From Amoebidium appalachense (lineage: Eukaryota > Protista > Ichthyosporea): DNA of 64,000 bases. The notes below the pieces were generated by a model that was not told the DNA's origin, made no database searches, and saw only the letters and a program-made list of their open reading frames with translations. Numbering within the stretch: the stretch's first letter is position 1; every line of letters begins with the position of its first letter. Location: NCBI GenBank assembly GCA_963693365.1, contig CAVNZM010000003.1, positions 62,001 through 126,000 of the forward strand, read 5' to 3'. A program made the position numbers and the translations under genes. This document shows, piece after piece, positions 37,191-51,458 of this stretch.

Positions 37191-38200
37191 CATGTGCGTG
37201 CCTGTGGGTGCAGTGTGCATGTGTGTGTTTGTACGTGTTCGTGTCCGTGTGTGTGTGCATGCACATACTCGTAGCTGACGGTGATAGGCCCATAGTGATA
37301 GATATCCCACATGGCCGCCCACATGTCCCTGGCTGGCAGCTTATAGACTTCCTTAGCCTTAATCTTATCATTCACATACTCCGCTGTGTGGTTGGTGTTC
37401 GTGCACCGACGCTTACACTTGGGCCCGGGGGGCGACCCGCTGACGTGATAGAGAGAAATAGGGACGGGGTAGGGCTGGCAGCCAATATCACTCTTGTAGT
37501 GGTCACCAGTAACAAGCCCCTCCTTCATCCAAAAATGGTAAGCGTCCTGCGGCTCCCCCCCATCACACCCATTGCCAGTAGAGGTGCAGTATGGGCAGCA
37601 CGACATGAGGTCACGTGCTGATAGAATGCTCTGGATTCTTCCATTAGAGTGGATGCACGTGCGGTCGCTCATAGCCGACGTCGTGCCGAATGCCCAGCAC
37701 GCACCACAGTTGCCTTGGTCTCTAATCATCCCAATGGACTGGCAGTCAAACCACTTTTGGCGTGCGTCAAATTCACGGGGAAGCATGGTGTAGTTTGCGT
37801 CCTTGTACATCTTGATGGGTAGCTGGTGCCGTGCACTGTTGCCATAGGGCGTGGGGTTTGCTAGATCGTCACCATTTGTGGCAGGGGGTGGGATAAGGCC
37901 GCTCTTCTGCTTGTTGATTAGGTTGCGTACACCCTCCAAAGACCACGTGCTGAGGTAATTTTCACCTGCTACCCAAGAGGATTGCACACTGTTGATGTGT
38001 GCAATTTCCTCCGCTGTGAGGATGGGGATTATTCCGTTGGGAAGCTTGGTGGTCTTTGGAAAATGCTCGTTTTGGGGCACGAGTTCATAATCTCCGGCTG
38101 CGATCTTACCCTGCTCGGTCTGTTGAAGGTGGAGGGGAGATGCTGCTGTTAGCGTGGCAAGCGCTGCACAAGCAGCAAGATTGGAGAGAGTGCACACCAT
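34952..38200 (-). CDS. CTSB: Cathepsin B-like cysteine protease (papain family C1A), ~393 aa, 3 exons
   Basis: Exons 38200-37269, 36186-36057 and 35071-34952 join in frame. Signal peptide, cathepsin-B-type propeptide ([18 protein letters not shown]), [25 protein letters not shown] (catalytic Cys), [16 protein letters not shown] (His), [25 protein letters not shown] (Asn). Confidence 0.95.
35106..35350. repeat. 20-bp minisatellite, ~12 copies, at the 3' end of cathepsin B intron 2
   Basis: Unit gggttatgtatgtgtgggta. Confidence 0.95.
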
Positions 38201-39653
38201 TCTGTGCGCTATTTAAGCTCTTGCGAGGCACGAAGTTTGAGTTATCATAGAAGGAGAATAAAGTGATAGTGTATGCCTTCAAATCCCAGCCGCGCCCCTT
38301 TGAAAACGTGAACCTGGAAACAGCCACTTTATATACCTTGCAATCTCATACCCAGAATGTAAGATTAACCAAATCGGGCCTAACTCATAACCATATCGGG
38401 CAAGTTGCATTGGTCAAGATGATTTGATTGGTGATAAGAGCACCTGTTTGTTTACAGCTGACCTGTAGCCAATCATAACCCTTTGGATTTAGGGGTGTTT
38501 GCCGCGTGGCTGAGTAGGGTAAACATAGCCTTTCAAACAGGCCGAAATAAAACACACGCCCTGAATGTTTTCTTCCCTGGTGGAGCAAAAAAACCAAACC
38601 TGCTCAAGTAATTTTGAATCAAATCAATAGCATATCGAAACGTTTCTAAAATCTTTTTATCTAACACATTGCGATGCATTCCTGTTACACATGTGAGCCG
38701 AAGGAAATTCTGATTGGTTGGTGGCTATGTGCGTGAGAGTCACATGATGCCGGATTGCCGGTGTACGTGTGCGCACTTTCAAGTGCACTCTGCATGTGCA
38801 CAGAATGGTACTTTGCAGCAGTTCTTGTCACACAACTGTATACATTTATTTTCATGTAAATATTCTTCAGGAGAACTATCACGATTCGTTGGAAGGCTTT
38901 GTCGCTGCGAAGGGCCCGAATATCAGTCAGGGGCTGGAGCATGCGCCGGGCATGCGGCGCGCAATTGCAAGCCTCGGCGCGCGGCCGCGCTGCCTGGAAA
39001 TTTTGGCCCGGGCACACCCCGTCAATCGATTCCAATGCAGCGAACCTGACTGTCAACGGTGCGGCCTTACGGTTTTCTCTTGCCAATAACCCTCTCAGGT
39101 CTACGTATGCATACGTATACATTACCATATACATCTAACTCCGGACCTTTTTCATGGCATATGCAAGTTCAATACCTCATAATGAGTTGCGTGGTTTGTC
39201 ATTTCAAGCTCAACCTTTCAAGCATGCGGCTCAGCGCAGTGCTTGCTGAGCCAATCAAAATGATGAGACATGATGCGTTCTTTATTGGTCCGCACTCCCC
39301 CCAATCAAAATAAAGAAAAATGTGCGCAAGACGTGCAACCAATAAGACATTGCGTAGTCATTTACATATAGCTACCATGACATTAAAATATGCACCGTTC
39401 GTTGAGTTTTTTGTTAAAACGTCTTTTTCCGTAAATAAAAGTTTAGCCCTGTTATTTTATTTTTGAAGCTTCCAGCAATCTTGCCGTTGTCCACATTGAC
39501 AAATACCTGACACTCCTATTGGCCCACAAGTGGGCTTGAAACGTCGCTCGTTTGTTTTGACCATTCAGTCAGTTTTCTCCCTCTAACCGTGGCAAACACT
39601 CGTTTCTCTTTTCCAAGAAGTAAATATTATAGGGTGTTCGTTTGAAAGAGAGA
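38201..39653. promoter_or_regulatory. Divergent (bidirectional) promoter region between cathepsin B and cystinosin
   Basis: Head-to-head start codons 1.45 kb apart. Microsatellite-free. TATATAAA on the minus strand near 38330, several CCAAT/ATTGG boxes (e.g. ~38469, 38713, 39251, 39284, 39339), and a CpG-rich island at ~38930-39020. Confidence 0.55.
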
Positions 39654-42600
39654 ATGGGTGTGAGACATTACATTGGTGTCGCACTGCTGTGCGTGGCCGG
39701 CCTTGTTGCAGGTGTGTGCCCATTGGGAGATTTGTTAGTGATGGTGGTCAGAGTAACTTCAGGGATCGGGAGGAGGGAGTGTACGTACGGTTGTTTGAAA
39801 CTGAAGAGTTGTGTCTTTGTTTTCCTTTTAGTGTTCGCCAATATCGAACGACTATTTTGGAAACTGGAAATTGACATACGGAAAGATATAAAAACTAATA
39901 TCGGGTTTTTTTGTTTGTTTTTGTGACCTATGGGCACAGTACTTACCACAAAGGTCACCAGAAGACACTAGCACATGGCACAGTCTTCACGCTCGCCTCA
40001 GCCCCCGCTTGCCCTTTTCACCGATCTGTTCTTCCCCACTCGCACCGACCCCCCCCCCACGTCATCCCCTCCTTTCCATACGCCGGGTCAATGCTAACCA
40101 TACAGGTGCCCTACACCCCAAACATTTTTCCTGTTATTCTTGATGTTTGTTCCAACTCCTCAAAACATCTCAAAACCTCCCTACCACACCAAGCCCATGT
40201 TCTTACGTATGTTCACTTACATCCCGCTCTCACCAGGTGATCACATCAAGGTAGTCGTAGAGAAACGACCCTCCCCCTTCCTCCCCAGCGACTCCACCCA
40301 GATAGTGGTGTCTCCCGAGGTCGCCCCCACCAGCGACCTTCCACTTACGGTAACCTGCGACAACCCCAAGGTGCACGTGCCAAAGAGTTTCACGTTTGCG
40401 GCGGGGAGGAGGGACTCGGTCAGTCTGAAGGTGACGGGGGAGGAGGCGGGTATTGCGTCCATCAAGTAAGTGTTTTTTTTTTTTTTTTGTCGGGGGGGGG
40501 GGGGGGGGGGGGGAGGGGGGAGGGGGGGGGGGGGGGAAGGGGGGGGGGGGGGGGGGGGTGGTTGGCTGATGAATGTGGGAACAATGCAAAAGACCTATCA
40601 TTTATTTATTTGGTTATTTACAAGGGGTCAGCTGATAGCAATCTTTGTGGTGTGGGGGGTGACGCTGTTCTGGATGTTTGAGTGTTTGCATGAGGAGGAG
40701 GAATGGGGGTGTAGTTTAGGCCAGAGGGTAGGTTAGATTTGTGCTCCAAGAAGTGTGTAACCGAAAGAAGGAGGGGTTGTATTAGATGGCAGGGGGAGTG
40801 TGTGTGTTTTGTAACGTACTCTGGCCTTCAATGGGACATACTTTTTGGCACTCTCGCCCAACACAAACACACACACACACACATACACACACACACACAC
40901 ACACATACACACACACACACACACACACAGGCTTCTTCACGGGGAGGATGTTGTGGCCAGCTTTGACGTGCAGGTGATTAAGGTGGGGTGGCTGACCACG
41001 TTCAACGCTGTGATTGGCTGGATCTACTTTCTGGCATGGTCTATCTCCTTCTACCCACAGGTACGTGTGTGTGTGTGTATGTGTGTGTAGTGTGTGTGTG
41101 TGCGCGTTTGTTTGTGTGTGTAGGTGGTGAGCACCGGTGTGTGGGTGGGTGGGTGGATGTCTGTGTGTGTGTGGTGGTGGTGTTGGGTGGGCGGCTGTGT
41201 GGGTGGGTGGGTGGGGGGGGGGAGGATGAGGGGAGGGTGGGTGGGTAGGAGGAGGGAGGGGGGGGGGGGGGGGGCAAGCCATATCATATCTAACTACACT
41301 CTGCATCTTTTCTTCGTCCCTTTTCCCTCACTCACTTACCCCCCTTCAACACACATGCACACACACACAACACATACACACACACACACCACCAGCAGCA
41401 GCCCCACCACAACCATCCCTCCTTATCCCCCCCCCCCCCCCCCCCCCCCGGTGCTCCTCCTCCCCACCCTCCCTCCCCCCTGCCCGGCGCCGCTCCCTCC
41501 CCACCTCCTCCACCTCCCCTTCGTCCTCCACCCCTCCCCCATCTCCCGCCCCTCCCTTCCTCTCCCCCCCCGCCCCCCCCCCCCCCCCTCCTTCCCCCCC
41601 CCCTCCCCTCCCCCCCCCCCCCCCCTGCAGGCATGGGAGAACTACGTTCGCAAGAGTGTAGTTGGGCTGAGCTTCGACTTTCTTATTCTCAACCTATTTG
41701 GGTGGATCTGCTACGGCTCGTTCAACATCGGTCTCTTCTATGTGCCCACAGTGCAGCAGCAGTATGAGCTGAGGCACCCGGGCAGTGATAACCCCGTGCA
41801 GCCCAATGATGTGTTCTTTGCCATCCACGCATTCATACTTACTGCTATCACAATTGCTCAGTGCTTCATCTACGAGGTACGTCGTGCAGTCATGAAACCC
41901 GGAAAAAAAAAAAAATCGAAATCGACCAACCTCCACCCCCCTCCCCACCCTTAAGCACACACACGCCATCACCGCTACCACCACCCTTTCCCCCATCCTC
42001 CCATTTTCTCTTTGGTATTTGTCTTTAGCCCCCCCACGACCACCACCACCAAACAGTTTCTCCCCCAGCCGAAGAAACCCAGCCATCCCGGGGTCGGGGG
42101 GTTAGGAACTAATTGTGTAAGGTTGAAGATGGGAAGAGGAACGCTCTTGTGTAATGGATCCCTCCCCCCCATCGTCCTGATCAGGGAGCCTTTTCAAGTT
42201 TCTCTTACTTCCACATTTCTTTTTGGCATCTCTGGCCTTGTGGTTGTAGTGTTTTCTCCCTACCATCTAACCCCCCCCCTCCCCCCCCCCCCTCACCCCT
42301 CGCCCCCTACCGGCCCACTCCCTGCTTCCGTCACCTCTCCCTGCAAGCACTTTCCAATGAGACCCTCCCCCCCACGTGCACACACACACACAGTCTCTCT
42401 CTCCTGTCGACAAATTGCTTTACTGTTTTTGTCTATTTCCTTTCTGTATTCCTTTTAGTATATCACCATTACTTTGTCCGTCGTGGGTTTGTGATTGGGA
42501 CGGTGCAGTTCCTAGATCCCCCCCCCCCCCCCCCCCCCCACCCCCACCCTCCCCCCCCCCTCCCCCCGGCAGCCCCTCGAATTAACCACCTCTTACGACT

Positions 42601-42730
42601 TGCCCCCCTCCTCCCTCCTCCCCCCAACCCCTCTTCACTTCGTTCATCGTGTCATCAAGTTCTTTACAGAGCATTTTCAACCAATTTTTTCAGCCCTTTT
42701 CCCCTACGTAGTACTAACGAATACACACGA

Positions 42731-42779
<49 letters not shown>

Positions 42780-43355
42780 ACAAACACACACACACACACT
42801 TTCTGTCGGGTATTGTGGATGACTTGCCCCCCCCCCACACCCCCCTCCCCCCTGAAAAGTGGGTTCGCTTATTATGAATACCCTTGGTATAGTTTACACT
42901 CTGCATTATGTTGTCCTTTATATTGATGTGCACTTCGTCCTTTATATAACACATCCTAACCCTCCTCCCCCCTCCCCTCTTCCATCCCCCTCCTCCGCCC
43001 CTCCCCCTCTCCGCCCCTCCCTCCTCCCCCTCCGCCTTCCCCCATCCCCCTCTCCCCCCTCAGCGTGGGACCCAGACCGTGTCCTACCCCGTGCGTCTTC
43101 TAGTTGTCCTGATTGTTCTCTTCCAAGCATCCACCCTCGTGTCATCTCTGGTTGGGGCTATTGAGGCTCTCACCTTCCTTACGTGGCTGTCGTTTGTGAA
43201 ACTGGGCATCACGCTTGTCAAGTACATGCCCCAGGCATACTTCAACTATGCGGTATGTATAACCCGTTAACTTCTTTCCATCTTTCACTCACACTTTACC
43301 CCTCCTCCCCCTCCTCCTGCTCCTCCGCCCATTCTCTCTCCCGTTCTCTCTCTCC

Positions 43356-43394
<39 letters not shown>

Positions 43395-43460
43395 CCCCCC
43401 CCCCCCCCCCTCTCTCTCTCCCCCCCCCCTCTCTCTCTCCCCCTCTCACTTTCTCTCTTC

Positions 43461-43509
<49 letters not shown>

Positions 43510-44248
43510 CCTCCCCCCCCCCTCCCCCCCCTCCCCCCTCCCCCCCCCCCCCCCCCGTATACCTCCTTCTTTCTTGGTCAACTTTTTATACCTTTTCGCT
43601 TTTCTGAACATCTGTCATGTCCACCCCCCCCCCCCCCCCCCACCACCACCACCACCACCCCACCTCCAACCCCTACTCCAAGCCCAATCCCCACATGTGC
43701 ACTCACATGTCTGCATGGCGTTTAGTAGGCTTCTGATTTGTTTTGTTGGCCCTATGGGTCGTTCTAGTCTTCGGTTATGGATCCCAGCATTGATGCCTTC
43801 CACCACCCACCCTCACCTCCCCACACACACAGACTCACGTGCACCATCTTTCCCCGCTCTCCGCCTCCTCCTTGTCTCCCTTCCTCGCATGTGGTCTTCC
43901 CTGCCTCTCCCTCCTAATCTTCTGCCTGCATTTCAAAGACCCTCCACATGCAATCTGATTATTGTGTCCTACTTACCCTCCTTACCCCCCCTCCCCCCCC
44001 CCCCCCCCCCATCCTCTCCCCCCGCCGTCCCCTTCTCTCCCGTGGCCCCACTCCGCCGTATCTCACAGCCACCCTTCTGGCCCCTCCCCCTCCCCCCCTC
44101 CCCCCCCCCCCCCCCCAAATATGCTTTGTTTTATTCTCCGGCTGGAATATGTACCTATTACTCTGTAACCCGTTCTAACCTTCCCCCCCCCGCCCCCCCC
44201 CCCCCCTGTCCCCTCCTTCACCCACCCCCCCGCCCCCCTCCCCCCCCC

Positions 44249-44293
<45 letters not shown>

Positions 44294-44739
44294 CGCCAGA
44301 GCACGGTGGGGTGGAGCATTGGTAACATCCTCCTAGACTTCACAGGGGGCACACTGTCCATGCTGCAGATGACTTTGATCGCATACAACTGCAATGATTG
44401 GTCGGGCTTCCTTGGCAACCCAACCAAATTTGGGCTGGGCCTGTTTTCCGTGGCCTTCGATGTGCTCTTTATCTTGCAGCACTATGTTTTCTACAGGCAT
44501 GCGCGCGAGAAGGTAAAAGGGTGGGGGAGGAAAGAAAAAATAATTTAGGGGGGGGGGGGGGAAGGTTTTTTTTTTTTTTTTTTTTTTTTTTGGGGGGGGG
44601 GGGGGGGGGAGGGAGGGGGGACAGGAGAAAAAACTTCACGCCCTTGTTTGGTTTGTTCATGCTTGTGTGATGTGGGGTTTGGCAGGGGTACAAACACGTG
44701 CGGAATGCAGGCACGTCGAGATGCGCATGCACACACGTG

Positions 44740-44772
<33 letters not shown>

Positions 44773-45203
44773 GTGTGCGCACGTCTGCATACAAGTGCAC
44801 ATTCATGCACGCGGATGGGTACACACGCTCGCTCATGCAACGACACACACGCCTAAAAAGACACACAATCACACTCACACGTGCGCACACAATCACTCTC
44901 ACACGTGCGCCACATACAAACTTGCCTGCCCACACAAATATAGATACCCGTCTGCACACAAATTTGGTATCTGCACGTGCACACATTTTCATGTAAACAC
45001 ACATGTGCTCACTCCAACGGGCTCACTTACCCACACTCACCCGCACATCAACACCTACAAACGTACACACACGTGTAACTATTAAAATGCATGTCTTTGA
45101 TTGGCTGGGCCATGCATGGGTGCTAATCCGATTACCAAATTAGGATGTGGAGAAGGCAGCGACCACAGAGGAGCCTACAGAGTCGTCACGCCTACTTGCT
45201 TAA
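39654..45203 (+). CDS. CTNS: Cystinosin, lysosomal cystine/H+ symporter (PQ-loop family), ~376 aa, 7 exons
   Basis: Exons 39654-39711, 40237-40465, 40931-41060, 41631-41876, 43064-43252, 44294-44512 and 45144-45203 in frame. Motifs [83 protein letters not shown]. Signal peptide and luminal N-terminal domain present. Confidence 0.96.
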
Positions 45204-46167
45204 AAAGGAAATGTCACGTGTCATGCAGGAATGTACATACGAGTCATACAACAGTTTTCCTTCTCTTCTAAACTCTATTTATCCCACTTTAATCTCTGAT
45301 AATTCAGTTTTGATCCCCCTTTTCATCTCTAAGGACCAGTTTTGTTCCATTTTTATCGATCTGTTCAATGGAAGCATCAAGAATTGCGGTGAACGCATGC
45401 CCAATATGCCCATGTATGGGCGTAGTTCTATTTTTCGTTTTCAGTTTTAGCTGATGTGATATGCCCACAACATATGGTTGTGGTGGTAGTAATACAGGCC
45501 TTAAAGTGCACTATATTTGTCTATGTGGATGTCGATGTGTATGGTTGTGGTTCTGAAAGTGGTGCAAGTGAATACAGGAATGAAATAAATGCACAGCTGT
45601 CTTTACGTTTTCCCTTCTGGTCAGAATACTTGCTCAAGCCGAGGCCACAGCTCAATTTGGATGAATAAGACCTTGCAGGGTGAGATCTTACTACTGAGCA
45701 TCTGCTCAGAACCTATCCCATTACTTGGGGTTGGTGGGTGTTGGACGATCGATGTGGTGGAACAATTCATAGTTTGCTCTGCATGAGGTCTATAGGCTCT
45801 GTGTTATTAAAAAAAAAATGCGCATCGCTGACCACAGTTGTTTCATTGTCAACGGAATGTAGACTTGAATGTAAATTCATATCAAGTTTACATAGCTTTA
45901 CATATTATTAAACTTAAAATGATTTCGCTGAACAGCATGTAAACTTTCAAGTGTCATATTGAAATTTACTCTCGGTGTCAATACCACGCATGCATTTTTG
46001 ACTGATGCCACAGTATGAACTCCTCAGCGCTAAGTGCTCCATACACAGATGCTACCTTCATAAATACCTCACGACATGTAATCGCCGTGCAAGTTTTGAT
46101 ATTTTTAGACGGCCTGCTGCCTTGTTCTTGATCACATAATGCATGCAGGGTAACCACGGTGGGCGGA

Positions 46168-46209
<42 letters not shown>

Positions 46210-46896
46210 GAGAGACTCCTGTTAGAGTACCGTGGTCATATTATGCAGTGCTTACCCTCTTCTAAACCCCCCCCCCCCCCCCCCCACATGTGCACACACA
46301 CCACCACCACCACGCCCCCCGCCCCCGCAACACCCGCACAACTGGATCAGGCTCTTTCTCGCTGCGTCCCTTTCTACTCTGTCTCTCTCTCCCTCCCTCC
46401 CCCCTCCGCCTCTCTCTCCCTCTCTCCCTCTCTCCCCCCTTCACACACACTAGCTCCCCCCCCCCCCTCTCTCTCTCTCCCCCTTCCCCCCCCCTCTCCC
46501 CCCCCCCTCCCCCAACTCATCCCACTGCGAGGCTCACCCTTCCCCCTCCCTCGCTACTTCTAAAGCCACCCCCCCCCCCCCCCCCCCCCCCCCCAATGTT
46601 CCCCACTGTGTCTTCTCCTCAACCCGGTATCCCCCACCTCCCCCCTCTCCTCCCCCTCCTTCCCCCCCCCCCCCCTCCTCCCCCCCCCCCCCCCCCCCAA
46701 TACTTCTCTTTTCCTTCCAACGTGTCTTCTTTTGGTGTATAATCACCTAAAATCGTGTGGCAACTGTAAAATGCGTGAGGCCATATGGTATCCTATTTCT
46801 TTCATGGCTTTGCCTCGAAAAATAAAGTCCACAACACCAGAAAACAGTGTCAAGTATGTTGGCCACGGGCGTCATTTCTGGCCCTCTTTATTCTCG

Positions 46897-46941
<45 letters not shown>

Positions 46942-47659
46942 TTCTTTTTTTTCTATGCGCCGCGCACCTGCGCTTCCCTCCTTTTCACCCTATCAGCTTC
47001 AAGACGGTAAGCCCCTGTCCCCGTCAATGATTCTGTGAATTGTGCCCCAGAATGATTGGAAAAGGCCGCATCACCTCAGGGTATGAATTTTTTCTTAGTC
47101 ATGTGAGCCGAATCCCGTGAGGCCCGGTACTAGGTAGCTAAGTTGGAGACCTACCACATAACTGGTAATATTCCGATGTGGGGGTAAATACATACACAAA
47201 ATATACTGTATATTTAAAGAAAAAAATCACAAATTTAGCTTGTAAGAACAAGCTAGCCACTTATTCTCTGGCCCTGGCTCCAATGCTCAACATGTGAGTA
47301 ATTTGCACCCTGAATTCTGCACCCAATCCGCGCCGGCCGTTTTCCAGTTTGGCGCAAGTTGATGATGCAAATTTGCATGTAAAACCTTCCAATTTTCATA
47401 TCAAATATTTCCGGATAGCCTTGATTTCGTAGATAACCAGCCAATAAACAGGATATTCTGGATAACATATGGAAGCAAAGATATTACGTAATATTTACAC
47501 AGGCACATGCACAGGCACATGGACAACCCCTCAAAAGGCCCTTTGAGCACACCTTCCCCCCCGTTTTTTTTCTGTGTCGGTTTGCAACATCAAACATCAA
47601 ACATAGAACTTAGGGAAAAAAACAACCCTTTTTCTCTCTATATATCTTTAAACGCCACC

Positions 47660-47899
47660 ATGCCTCAGTCCAAGAAAGATATGAAGAAGAACGCCCGCGC
47701 TCAGGCAGTGAAGGCCGGCACAGCTGTCGAGATTGTCAACGGCAAGCCCGCCAAGCCGCCTCAGAAGACGTCCAAGTGCCAGAAATGTTTCGGCATGTTC
47801 ACGTTGTCAAGCAAGAATCAGCAGCTGAAAGACCACGTTGAAGCTAAGCACCCTACCAACACGTTCGCCGAGTGCTTCCCTGACGTCCCTGCGTCCTAA
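47660..47899 (+). CDS. Small basic C2H2 zinc-finger protein, ZNF706/At2g23090-like (79 aa, intronless)
   Basis: Kozak GCCACCATG. Basic N-terminus, then CQKC-x15-HVEAKHP...FAECFPD, matching the ZNF706-like family C-terminus. Confidence 0.85.
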   Translation: MPQSKKDMKKNARAQAVKAGTAVEIVNGKPAKPPQKTSKCQKCFGMFTLSSKNQQLKDHVEAKHPTNTFAECFPDVPAS

Positions 47900-49485
47900 T
47901 CGGTGGTAGATTCACGAACTGAGAGCAAACATGAAACGTGCTCTTCCCAACACACATCGCCGACTTTCCATCTGTTGAGTGTAACGACTCACAGCGACCG
48001 AAGACCCTGCAACCTTAGAAACCAGTTTCTAGTTACTTGTAATTTACACATAACGCAGCACTTCACAGTTTGATTTGGCTGTACACTATTAATCAACGAA
48101 GGGGTTGGTTTTACAATAGCCAGACTTACAAACCACATTCTCGTCGTAACATGTATTCGTTTTCTAGTACACGATTTGTTAACTAGACCTCGTCGGTATC
48201 AATTAACTTCATTTAGAGTGTTTTACGTCGCTTACGCTACAATTAGGACAGGCGCCGCACATTCTTTGGAAGTGCCCTGCACCTCACGAATAATGTTAAG
48301 ATAGATGTTCACTCACACGAACTCTGGAAGCAGAATATAGCTCCGTCCCCCCTAGTCGTATGCAGCAATAAACGAAGGAAGCAAGAAACAGCGTCTATTT
48401 GGCAAGCTGGGCTAGCCGTGGCATGTGAGTGCTCTTTGCCTGTGTTTGTGAGGAAAATGGTTTTTCCTGTGTGCTTGGGTGAGTGTACTTGCCTTTGTGC
48501 GCATTTGTGTACCTTAGCTATGTTCCTGTGTTTGTGCTTCTCTGCCGTTATAATCCTATGTTCTGCTTGCTTTTCCACAAGCTCCCTCCGGTTTATCTGC
48601 TAGGTGTTGTTGGCCTCGGCTTTCTCCATCCCTTCCTGTGTGTCCGTGGATGCCTTTGCTCAGCCAGTCTTTCGTGGTTTCCCAAATTTGAAAGTTTTTA
48701 CAAAGCATGCGGGAGAGCGTGCACATATTATGAACCTGCTTAAGGATCAAGCCCTCACATAGCCCCCCAGTCCTGTTCTCTTCTATCTCTCCCGTGGTGA
48801 CCCCCCCCCCCCACCCGACTCCCCCCCTCCCTCCCCCCTCCCCTCCTTACCTTCTCCTCTTCCTCTTCACCCACGAGTCAATTCAAGGAAATAAACACAA
48901 CAGTCACAGCAATTCCCTCCACATGACAAAGACGCGCTCATGTTGCACTCCATATGCCTTTCCAAGCTGCCACTGACATATCCAGGCACAAGCTTCCCCC
49001 TCTATCCCATCTTCACACATCTGCATCCCATCTCAAGCGCGTAGGCTGCACTTCTCTCTTGACATGTTTAGTTTGAGTGCTTTACAACCCTCTCATCGTC
49101 AACCCCCCCCCCCCCCCCCCTTCCCCCCCCAATTCCCTTTCCCCCACAACCACACACACATCATACCCCCCGCACTCCTGTACTCCCCCTCCCCCCCTCC
49201 CCCCGCTCTTACAGTCACACACACACACACCTTTTCCCTTGCCCTCCCATATGACCCCCCTCTCCTTGTCCCCTTCCACTCCTCCAAACACTCTAAACCA
49301 ATACCACTATGACAGACTGACACAGAGGGAGGCATACGAGTACGGGTGTTGCATACACGCACACCGCTTTCCTTACTTTCTAACCTATACCATCTGATCG
49401 TTAACCACACTCAACAAGTTAAATTTCGAAACTTATACTTCCCTCCCTTTCCTCCCCTCCATGCATTTGCCAGCTCTCTTCCCCC

Positions 49486-49518
<33 letters not shown>

Positions 49519-50424
49519 GGGGCCCCACTCCTATTTACATTCCCCCACCCCCATTTTCCACCTCATCGACATCACACACACACACACGTATGCACCTACC
49601 GGCACCCCTCCTTTCACCGACCCCTCCCTTCTTCTGTTCTTCTTCCCCTGCGCACCGGGCTGCCACCCATGTTTAGTCACGCATACATGCTTATTCCACC
49701 CAAAAAACAAATCTCTTTCTGTCCCAAGTTTACCGTCACACACGACACCCGCACACACAAAATGCATGCGCATGCCGCGCCACACACACACACACACTAC
49801 ACACACAGATAACCATTCCTCCCTATCTGGCCTGTCGTATATGTATTGCCCCCCTCCCCCCCCCCCCCCCCCCCCCGGCGCCCACGCCATCCCATCTTGT
49901 CTGCCGTGAGCGTATACTTTGTAACACAGTCTACCCCCCCCCCCCCCCCCCCCATACATACAACACACGCATGCCTGCTCAGCAGGCAGATCATAATCGC
50001 ACTCCTCGTGTGCCCCCCCCCTCTCCCTGCACACGCCCGCCCGAATGCACCCACCCACCCACACACATTGTTCGAGCACCTCACCACCAGCAACACAGGC
50101 ACACTCTCAAACAAATTGACGCGTAATCCCACATGACTTTCAAAGTACCTACCCTTCATCTCCTTCACCACCTCTCTTCCGTCCCTATCGTCCCCCCCGC
50201 CCCCTTCCTCCCCCACCCCTCCGCCGCCCACACACACACACACACACACAACCAACCTCCTTTCCACCACCCTTTGTATGCAGTTACACATGCACACACA
50301 CACACACATCCTCCGCTTATGTACCACTAGTCTGTCTCCCCACCTCCACCCGTTCTCCATGCCTTCCCTCCCTCTGTTGCCTCCCTCTGCCCGACACACA
50401 CACACTGCACACACACACACACAT

Positions 50425-50457
<33 letters not shown>

Positions 50458-51360
50458 GACAGACAGACAGACTCTTGCATGGCACATTCCAAGCTCACGT
50501 TCCTTTTCTCCCCCTCCCTCCCCCCCCCCCCCCCCCCCCCCCCTGGGTCCACCCACCCACGTGAGGGCACACACACACATTCACATCCTGTTTTCCATAC
50601 ATGTGTGGAACTTCTTCTCCTGCCCTCTGGATCTGTTGCCCCACCTGTGTACGCACTTTCGTTCTTTGGACCCCCCCTCCCCCCTCCCCCCCCCCCCCCC
50701 CCCCCCCCCGCCTTGGGCTCTCTGCCTGAGGATGAATTCTGCTAATGACAAAGCTAGCACTCTTCATGTATGCTTTGCAGTGCAGCGTATTTTCCGTCAT
50801 TGATGTGGACTTCTTACTCTGTAACGCGTTTTAATCAGAGGGGCTCTCCTCCCCGCTCCTTCTCCGCCTTCTTTACCCAACAACAACAATGACAAATATT
50901 TTGCGGAGTCAGGCCCGGGTGGAATGAGGGGAAACGGGGGGGGGGGGGAGAGGAGGAGGAGGAGGGAGGGGGGGGGGGGGGGAGAACGGTAGAGGGAGTC
51001 CTCCAATCAGGCTTCTGGAAAAGGAAGTCGATTGCTCGTGTGTGTGGGCGGGTTTGTCACCGGGAGCCTCAGGGTCAGTGGCCCGGGGGGGGGGGAGGGG
51101 GGGGGGGGGGGGGGGGGGGGCAACACAATACAAGGAGCTCGAGCAAGTGCCTATATCTGCATGTGTTTTTCGCGCAGGGTCATAGCGAAGCATAGTACCT
51201 ATGATAAATTTTGGCACATTTGAATAGAACGCCACTTTCGTGATCACCTAGTGATTTTCCTCAGGTATATTCAGATTTATTGCAGATTCTATTTGTCATA
51301 GTCAAATGGTGTTTGATTTGTGTGTGTGACTGTGTGTTTGTGTGTGTGTGTGTGTGTGTA

Positions 51361-51393
<33 letters not shown>

Positions 51394-51400
51394 CACGGTG

Positions 51401-51458
<58 letters not shown>

